A stretch of 64,000 nucleotides of DNA from Escherichia coli (lineage in GTDB: Bacteria; Pseudomonadota; Gammaproteobacteria; Enterobacterales; Enterobacteriaceae): the NCBI RefSeq assembly GCF_030013205.1, contig NZ_CP122648.1; one strand, 5' to 3'. Each line of letters starts with the position of its first letter. Within the stretch, counting starts at the first letter, position 1. Position numbers and translations under genes: made by a program. The notes beneath the pieces are model-generated. The model was not told the origin of the DNA. It worked only from the letters and a program-made list of their open reading frames with translations, and searched no databases. Positions 57,772-64,000 of this stretch are shown here, in pieces.

Positions 57772-58068
57772 ATGCAGTTGGAAGAAGTTGCTAAAGCGCT
57801 GAAAGAGCTAGGTCACCCGAGCCGTTTGTTCATATTCAAACACCTGGTCAAAGCGGGGGAACAAGGTTTGCCCGTCGGTGAGTTGCAAAAGCAGCTTGGG
57901 ATACCCGGCTCTACACTCAGTCACCATATTTCAGCACTGGTATCGGTAGGGCTGGTCAAACAAAACCGTGAGAGTCGAACGCTGATGTGTGTTTCGCAAT
58001 ACGCAATGCTGGAAGCGATAATTGAATTCTTACGCGAGGAGTGCTGCGTAAATAGCAAAATTGCCTGA
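57772..58068 (+). CDS. ArsR/SmtB-family metalloregulatory transcriptional repressor
   Basis: 98 aa with winged-HTH core (GELQKQLGIPGSTLSHHISALVSVGLV) and a C-terminal cysteine pair (EECCVN); divergent from the permease gene. Confidence 0.7.
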   Translation: MQLEEVAKALKELGHPSRLFIFKHLVKAGEQGLPVGELQKQLGIPGSTLSHHISALVSVGLVKQNRESRTLMCVSQYAMLEAIIEFLREECCVNSKIA

Positions 58069-58190
58069 TGCGCTACGCGCTACAGATTTCATGCCATGCA
58101 CGGTTTTGTAGGTCGGATAAGACGCGTTAGCGTCGCATCCGACATAAACAAAGCGCACTTTACCAACTATGGGCAGTGGATATCGCCGCT

Positions 58191-58616
58191 TTATTTCAAG
58201 CGTTTACCCGCTTCATCAACCACTTTCTCGCCATCTTCCTTGGTGAACGCGCCTTGTTGCGCATCTGGCAGAATTTCCAGCACGACTTCTGAAGGGCGGC
58301 ACAGGCGAGTTCCCAACGGCGTCACCACAATCGGGCGATTAATCAGAATCGGGTGCTGAAGCATAAAGTCGATTAACCGATCGTCAGTAAATTTATCTTC
58401 TGCAAGGCCCAGTTCCTCATACGGCTCGACGTTTTTACGCAGCAGCGCGCGTACGGAAATCCCCATATCGGCAATGAGTTTGACCAGTTCATCACGCGTC
58501 GGTGGGGTTTCCAGATAATAGACGATGGTCGGTTCTGTACCGCTGTTGCGGATCATCTCCAGCGTATTACGCGACGTACCGCAGGCCGGGTTGTGATAAA
58601 TGGTAATGTTGCTCAT
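58191..58616 (-). CDS. arsC: arsenate reductase (glutaredoxin-coupled)
   Basis: 141 aa; catalytic cysteine context YHNPACGTSRN. Confidence 0.93.
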   Translation of the reverse strand: MSNITIYHNPACGTSRNTLEMIRNSGTEPTIVYYLETPPTRDELVKLIADMGISVRALLRKNVEPYEELGLAEDKFTDDRLIDFMLQHPILINRPIVVTPLGTRLCRPSEVVLEILPDAQQGAFTKEDGEKVVDEAGKRLK

Positions 58617-58628
58617 ATCAATATCTCA

Positions 58629-59918
58629 TTACAAAGTGAAAGAGAGACGTAGCGCCAGCGCAGCCAGCGTCACAAACAGCACCGGCAGGGTCATGATAAT
58701 CCCTGTACGGAAGTAATATCCCCAGCTGATAGTTATATTCTTCTGCGAAAGTACGTGCAGCCATAGTAGCGTTGCCAGGCTACCAATCGGGGTAATTTTC
58801 GGCCCCAAATCGCAGCCAATTACGTTGGCATAAACCATCGCTTCTTTGATAACGCCAGATGCCGTGCTGCCATCAATGGACAACGCGCCAACCAGTACCG
58901 TCGGCATATTGTTCATAATAGAAGAGAGGAAGGCGGTGAGGAATCCGGTGCCGAGCGTCGCGGCCCACAGGCCATTATCCGCCAGCACGTTGAGTACGCC
59001 AGAAAGATATTCCGTTAGTCCGGCATTGCGCAGGCCATAAACCACCAGATACATGCCGAGCGAGAAGATGACAATCTGCCAGGGCGCACCGCGCAGGACT
59101 TTACCCGTATTAATTGCATGACCGCGTTTAGCGACGGCAAATAATATCAGCGCGCCCACTGCCGCAATGGCGCTGACCGGAATGCCGAGCGGTTCCAGGA
59201 CGAAAAATCCCACCAGCAGAAACAGTAAAACAACCCAGCCAGTTTTGAAGGTGGCAGGATCTTTAATCGCTTCTGCGGGAGATTTCAGCAGCGCCATATC
59301 GTAGTTCTGCGGAATATCTTTGCGGAAATAGAGATGCAACATCACCAGCGTGGCAACAATCGCGGCGATATCCACCGGCACCATCACCGAGGCATATTCG
59401 CGAAAGCCGAGGCCAAAGAAATCTGCGGAAACGATATTCACCAGGTTGGAGACAATAAGCGGCAGGCTGGCGGTATCGGCAATGAACCCGGCCGCCATCA
59501 CGAACGCAAGCGTCGTGCCTTTACTGAACCCTAAAGCCAGCAGCATGGCGATGACAATCGGTGTCAAAATAAGCGCCGCGCCATCATTGGCAAACAGAGC
59601 TGCAACGGCAGCACCGAGCAGGACAATCCAGGTAAACAGCAAGCGACCGCGTCCATTGCCCCAGCGTGAGACGTGCAGCGCCGCCCATTCAAAAAAGCCG
59701 GACTCATCCAGCAGCAGGCTGATGATAATGACGGCAATAAACGCCGCCGTCGCGTTCCAGACGATATTCCACACCACCGGAATATCACCCGGATGTACCA
59801 CGCCCGTAACTAACGCCAGTACTGCGCCAAGCGTTGCACTCCAGCCGATGCCTAAACCTTTCGGCTGCCAGATAACCAATACGATGGTCAGGACAAAGAT
59901 AGCGCCTGCCAGTAACAT
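58629..59918 (-). CDS. arsB: arsenite/antimonite efflux pump
   Basis: 429-aa product from the internal ATG ([10 protein letters not shown]...) within ORF 58629..59939. Confidence 0.9.
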   Translation of the reverse strand: MLLAGAIFVLTIVLVIWQPKGLGIGWSATLGAVLALVTGVVHPGDIPVVWNIVWNATAAFIAVIIISLLLDESGFFEWAALHVSRWGNGRGRLLFTWIVLLGAAVAALFANDGAALILTPIVIAMLLALGFSKGTTLAFVMAAGFIADTASLPLIVSNLVNIVSADFFGLGFREYASVMVPVDIAAIVATLVMLHLYFRKDIPQNYDMALLKSPAEAIKDPATFKTGWVVLLFLLVGFFVLEPLGIPVSAIAAVGALILFAVAKRGHAINTGKVLRGAPWQIVIFSLGMYLVVYGLRNAGLTEYLSGVLNVLADNGLWAATLGTGFLTAFLSSIMNNMPTVLVGALSIDGSTASGVIKEAMVYANVIGCDLGPKITPIGSLATLLWLHVLSQKNITISWGYYFRTGIIMTLPVLFVTLAALALRLSFTL

Positions 59919-59972
59919 AATGCCTCCCGGAAAAAACACATGTGAAAATCCATATGTGTTTAGATAAATTTT

Positions 59973-60326
59973 TTAACTACAAGTGTTCTTACAGTCTACG
60001 GAACAATTTTGTCTGGCCAGGTTGCGGACAATCACCTGAACCTTTTCCTGTTCGCATCGCCAGGCCTGCTCAATAATTTTCGCGGCCCATGATGGAATAT
60101 GCGGTGATAAGCGGTAATGAACCCACTTACCCTGCTTGCGATCCAGCAACAAACCGCTTTCACGAAGAAGCGCCAGATGGCGGGAGATCTTGGGCTGCGA
60201 CTGGTCGAGAGCAGTGCAGAGATCACAGACGCATAACTCTCCCAGCTCGCTGAGCAGTAAAACGATGCCCAGACGGGTTTCATCAGCAAGAATTTTGAAC
60301 AGTTGGATGGGTAACAGAAATGACAT
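59973..60326 (-). CDS. arsR: arsenic-responsive repressor
   Basis: 117 aa; metal-binding site ELCVCDLC and HTH. Confidence 0.92.
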   Translation of the reverse strand: MSFLLPIQLFKILADETRLGIVLLLSELGELCVCDLCTALDQSQPKISRHLALLRESGLLLDRKQGKWVHYRLSPHIPSWAAKIIEQAWRCEQEKVQVIVRNLARQNCSVDCKNTCS

Positions 60327-60478
60327 ATTGCGCTCCTGATTGTTGCAGGTAGTGTCTCTCTTCGAAGCGGATAAGTCAAAAACATATATGGTTTAACGAA
60401 TGTGTATGTGCAGAGGAAGGTAATAGGTGTGAATTTTGAGTTGGCTATTTATTTGAAAGGAGGTCTGAATCAGGACGT

Positions 60479-60562
60479 AAAAAAACCGACTTTGCGTCGG
60501 TTTTTTACTTTCCAGCCCTGAGTTGGTGGCTCTGGCCGGAGTGAGAATGCCCACATCTAACG
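60479..60562 (-). ncRNA. agrB: AgrB-like antisense sRNA (approximate ends)
   Basis: Minus-strand unit ending in hairpin CCGAC...GTCGG plus U-run (plus-strand 60479-60506); complementary to the dinQ leader repeat at about 60940-61000. Confidence 0.45.
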
Positions 60563-60710
60563 GTTCAATACTATTAGCCAGTGGCTAACATTGCAAGCGT
60601 TAGCGATTTCTTCAGCTGGCGAAGGGACAGTTTGCTATACATGTTGGTGAAAGAGGATTTATATACTTTCATCGGGTCGCTGCCGTACCAGGCCTTGTCC
60701 GAATCCGGAC

Positions 60711-60795
60711 GTAAAAAAACCGACTTCGCGTCGGTTTTTTACTTTGCAGCCCAGAGTTGGTGGCTCTGGCTGGAGTGAGAATGCCATCATCTAAC
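60711..60795 (-). ncRNA. agrA: AgrA-like antisense sRNA (approximate ends)
   Basis: Second copy of the same repeat/terminator unit (hairpin at 60718-60738). Confidence 0.45.
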
Positions 60796-60859
60796 GCATC
60801 AATGCTAATACCATACTGAAACTATTGCAAGGACATGCTGGTTTTATAACCTGTATGTA

Positions 60860-60875
60860 CTGTATGATTATCCAG
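60860..60875 (+). promoter_or_regulatory. LexA (SOS) box upstream of dinQ
   Basis: CTGTATGATTATCCAG fits CTGT-N8-ACAG. Confidence 0.7.
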
Positions 60876-61068
60876 TTAGTTCTGAGGCATTTTCACTCTG
60901 GTAATGCGCATAAACGCTTTCAAAGTCCTGGTCAGAAGTACGGGTGGTGCCGTTAACTGATGCTCTGGCCGGAGTGAGAATGCCCACATCTAACAATGGG
61001 GCATGCGCCGTGACAGGCAGTGGATGAGTAAGCGGATGCATTCTCACTCCATCGCATGGAGAAAACGG

Positions 61069-61152
61069 GTGATTGATAAAGCAATCATCGTTCTTGGGGC
61101 GTTAATTGCGCTACTGGAACTGATCCGCTTCCTGCTTCAGCTTCTGAACTGA
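61069..61152 (+). CDS. dinQ: DinQ type I toxin peptide, 27 aa (GTG start; VIDKAIIVLGALIALLELIRFLLQLLN)
   Basis: Small hydrophobic ORF translated by hand; matches the DinQ peptide as I recall it; downstream of the LexA box. Confidence 0.7.
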   Translation: MIDKAIIVLGALIALLELIRFLLQLLN

Positions 61153-61168
61153 TAGCGGAAACGTAGCT

Positions 61169-61200
61169 AAGGGCTAAGAGCACACTACTCTTAGCCCTTT
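61169..61200. terminator. bidirectional 12-bp hairpin between convergent dinQ and gor
   Basis: AAGGGCTAAGAG / loop CACACTA / CTCTTAGCCCTT. Confidence 0.55.
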
Positions 61201-61205
61201 AACAT

Positions 61206-62558
61206 TTAACGCATGGTCACGAACTCTTCTGCCGCCGTCGGGTGAATGGCGACGGTATTGTCGAAGTCTTTTTTGGTTGCGCCCATCTTCAGCGCCACCG
61301 CGAAGCCCTGCAACATTTCATCCATACCAAAACCAATGCCGTGAATTCCGACAATCTTCTCTTCCGGTCCAACGCATACCAGTTTCATGCGGCACGGCTG
61401 GCGGTGAGTGGTGACTGCGGTATACATCGCGGTGAAAGAGGATTTATACACTTTCACCTGATCGTCGCCGTACTGCTCGCGCGCCTGCGGTTCCGTTAAA
61501 CCAACAGTCCCAATCGGCGGATGGCTGAAGACCACGGTCGGAATGTTGCTGTAATCCAGATGCTCATCCGGCTTGTTATTAAACAGGCGTTCAGAGAGAC
61601 GGCGACCCGCTGCAACTGCTACCGGTGTCAGTTCCACTGCCCCCGTGTTATCGCCCACCGCGTAAATACCTTCAACGTTGGTATTTTGATATTTATCGAC
61701 GACGATATAGCCTTTTTCGTTAGTTTTAACGCCAGCGGCTTCCAGGTTGATGTTGTTATTGGCAGGCTCGCGACCAATCGCCCAAATCAGGCAATCTACC
61801 GTTTCACTGCGACCATCTTCCAGCTCCAGCGTCAGGCTGCCGTCGGCATTTTTCACCACCGCTTTCGGGATGGCGTTGGTGTGCAGCTGCGGGCCTTCGG
61901 CGTTCATCACTTCGACCAGCGTTTCAGAGATCATCGGGTCGAAGCTGCGCAGCGGCGCATGTTTACGCACAAACAGATGCGTTTTCGCGCCGAGGCCGTT
62001 AATCACGCCCGCCAGCTCAACGGCGATGTAACCCGCGCCAACAACCGCCACGCGCTCTGGCAAAGCAGGAAGGGCGAAGAAGCCATCAGAATCAATACCG
62101 TATTCCACGCCCGGAATATCCGGGTGGCTCGGACGACCGCCGGTGGCGATCAGAATATGATCGGCCGTGATGGTTTCGCCGTTTACCTCCAGCGTTTTGG
62201 CATCAACGAAGCGGGCAAAGCCTTTGATTACATCAACGTTATTTTTACCGAGCACGTTTTCATAGGAAGTATGAATACGGTCGATATAGGCGGTACGCCT
62301 GGCGATCAACGTTTCCCAGTTGAATTTATTTATAGTGGTATCGAAACCATAATCCGGACCGTACATGTGGATCGCTTCACGGATTTGCGCCGCGTGCCAC
62401 ATCACTTTCTTCGGTACGCAGCCGACGTTCACGCAGGTGCCGCCCAGCTCTTTGGCTTCAATCAGCGCGCATTTCTGGCCGTACATAGCCGCGCGGTTGA
62501 TGGAGGCGATACCGCCGCTGCCGCCGCCGATGGCGATGTAATCATAGTGTTTAGTCAT
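61206..62558 (-). CDS. gor: glutathione-disulfide reductase
   Basis: 450 aa; FAD-binding GGGSGG near the N-terminus and redox-active CVNVGC. Confidence 0.95.
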   Translation of the reverse strand: MTKHYDYIAIGGGSGGIASINRAAMYGQKCALIEAKELGGTCVNVGCVPKKVMWHAAQIREAIHMYGPDYGFDTTINKFNWETLIARRTAYIDRIHTSYENVLGKNNVDVIKGFARFVDAKTLEVNGETITADHILIATGGRPSHPDIPGVEYGIDSDGFFALPALPERVAVVGAGYIAVELAGVINGLGAKTHLFVRKHAPLRSFDPMISETLVEVMNAEGPQLHTNAIPKAVVKNADGSLTLELEDGRSETVDCLIWAIGREPANNNINLEAAGVKTNEKGYIVVDKYQNTNVEGIYAVGDNTGAVELTPVAVAAGRRLSERLFNNKPDEHLDYSNIPTVVFSHPPIGTVGLTEPQAREQYGDDQVKVYKSSFTAMYTAVTTHRQPCRMKLVCVGPEEKIVGIHGIGFGMDEMLQGFAVALKMGATKKDFDNTVAIHPTAAEEFVTMR

Positions 62559-62629
62559 GACAGAGTGTCCTTATCGTTGATTACTGCGATTGTAGCGCGA
62601 GACGTAATAGGTGCCAGCAATGGCTGCAA

Positions 62630-63472
62630 TTACTCCGGCACGATCCAGCTTACGGTGGCGTGCCCGGTGCCTGCCGGAACCAGTTTGCTGTGCAGCCACG
62701 GCAGCACGTTATTCATCTGCTGTTCCAGCTTCCACGGCGGGTTAATCACAATCATGCCGGAAGCGGTCATACCTCGGCGATCGCTGTCTGGCAGCACCGC
62801 CAGTTCAATTTGCAGAATTTTGCGAATGCCGGTCGCTTCCAGGTCGTGGATCATGCGCTTAATTTGCTGGCGCAGCACCACTGGATACCACAATGCGTAA
62901 GTGCCAGTGGCGAAACGTTTGTAGCCTTCTGCTATCCCGCTGACCACCGCCTGATAGTCGGTTTTCATTTCATACGGCGGGTCGATAAGGATTAAACCAC
63001 GGCGGGAAACCGGCGGCAGCTTGGCCTTAAGCTGCTGGAAACCGTCGGCTTTTTCCACGCGCGCACGGCTGTCTTTCTGAAATTCAGAACGCAGCAACGG
63101 GTAATCGCTCGGGTGCAGTTCGGTTAGTTGCAGGCTGTCCTGTTCACGCAGTAACTGACGGGCAATCAACGGTGAACCGGGGTAGTAACGCAACTGACCG
63201 CTACGGTTAAAGTGTTTTACCACATTGATGTACGCCTCCAGCTCTGCAGGCAAATCGTCCTGCTGCCAGATACGGGCGATACCTTCGAGATATTCGCCGG
63301 TACGCTCGGCATGTTCGCTGCCTAACTGATAACGCCCGGCCCCAGCGTGGGTATCGAGATAGAGAAACGGTTTATCTTTCTCTTTCAGCGACTCGATGAT
63401 CAGGCTCTGAACGGTATGTTTAAGGACGTCGGCGTGGTTGCCAGCGTGAAAGCTGTGGCGATAACTGAGCAT
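62630..63472 (-). CDS. rlmJ: 23S rRNA m6A2030 methyltransferase
   Basis: 280-aa product from the internal ATG (MLSYRHSFHAGNHADV...) within ORF 62630..63523. Confidence 0.85.
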   Translation of the reverse strand: MLSYRHSFHAGNHADVLKHTVQSLIIESLKEKDKPFLYLDTHAGAGRYQLGSEHAERTGEYLEGIARIWQQDDLPAELEAYINVVKHFNRSGQLRYYPGSPLIARQLLREQDSLQLTELHPSDYPLLRSEFQKDSRARVEKADGFQQLKAKLPPVSRRGLILIDPPYEMKTDYQAVVSGIAEGYKRFATGTYALWYPVVLRQQIKRMIHDLEATGIRKILQIELAVLPDSDRRGMTASGMIVINPPWKLEQQMNNVLPWLHSKLVPAGTGHATVSWIVPE

Positions 63473-63674
63473 GGGTAAAGGTGTTCCGGTAAGTAAAAAT
63501 CGGCCCGTATTCGGGGCGCACAAAAGCCTATCAGGACAGTATACCGAAAAGAGGCCGCCGCCGCGAAAGCGTAACGTTTCTCATTGAAATTCACTACACT
63601 TAACCCCATGCTACACACATTATGTAAAGCGCCTGTTGAGCGCTTCCTTAACCTCTTTAACCAGGACTGCGCTA

Positions 63675-64000
63675 ATGACGAATCCGTTACTGACTCCCTT
63701 TGAATTGCCTCCGTTTTCTAAAATTCTCCCGGAACATGTCGTTCCAGCCGTGACTAAGGCGCTGAACGACTGCCGCGAAAATGTGGAGCGCGTAGTAGCG
63801 CAAGGGGCACCGTACACCTGGGAAAATCTCTGCCAGCCGTTGGCGGAAGTGGACGATGTGCTGGGGCGTATCTTCTCCCCGGTCAGCCATCTGAACTCGG
63901 TGAAAAATAGCCCGGAACTGCGTGAAGCGTACGAACAAACCCTGCCGCTGCTGTCAGAATACAGCACCTGGGTAGGGCAACATGAAGGGCTGTATAAAGC
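63675..64000 (+). CDS. prlC: oligopeptidase A, N-terminal part (continues beyond window end)
   Basis: Open frame from the ATG at 63675 (MTNPLLTPFELPPFSKI...) running off the window. Confidence 0.85.
   Translation, partial: MTNPLLTPFELPPFSKILPEHVVPAVTKALNDCRENVERVVAQGAPYTWENLCQPLAEVDDVLGRIFSPVSHLNSVKNSPELREAYEQTLPLLSEYSTWVGQHEGLYK

Overview
This window reads as a contiguous Escherichia coli chromosomal segment, collinear (in reverse orientation) with the K-12 eptB–proK–dpp … gad/hde acid-fitness island … ars–gor–prlC region, but it is not K-12. All gene calls rest on the supplied ORF translations, remembered gene order and motifs read by eye; no database search was possible. Backbone genes present: dppABCDF, yhjV, pdeK, dctA, yhjJ, kdgK, pdeH, yhjG/E/D/C/B, treF, ccp, gadA, gadX, gadY, gadW, mdtEF, gadE, hdeD/A/B, yhiD, dctR, slp, arsRBC, dinQ–agrAB, gor, rlmJ and the start of prlC. 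Differences from the K-12 layout that I consider worth a second look: (1) a clean deletion that leaves only 5'-truncated, divergently oriented bcsG and bcsC fragments, with the whole cellulose synthase core missing; (2) three tandem ldr/rdl type I toxin–antitoxin units where K-12 has one; (3) 168-bp tandem repeats carrying the proK 3' end plus its terminator; (4) an eight-gene chu/shu haem-uptake island between yhiD and dctR, with Fur boxes and a candidate 5'-UTR thermosensor; (5) an ArsP-signature permease paired with a second ArsR-family regulator beside arsRBC; (6) an intact AT-rich yhiS-like ORF. I see no CRISPR array, IS element, integrase or prophage, and nothing I can defend as a wholly undescribed system; the ArsP/ArsR pair and the bcs deletion scar are the least textbook items.
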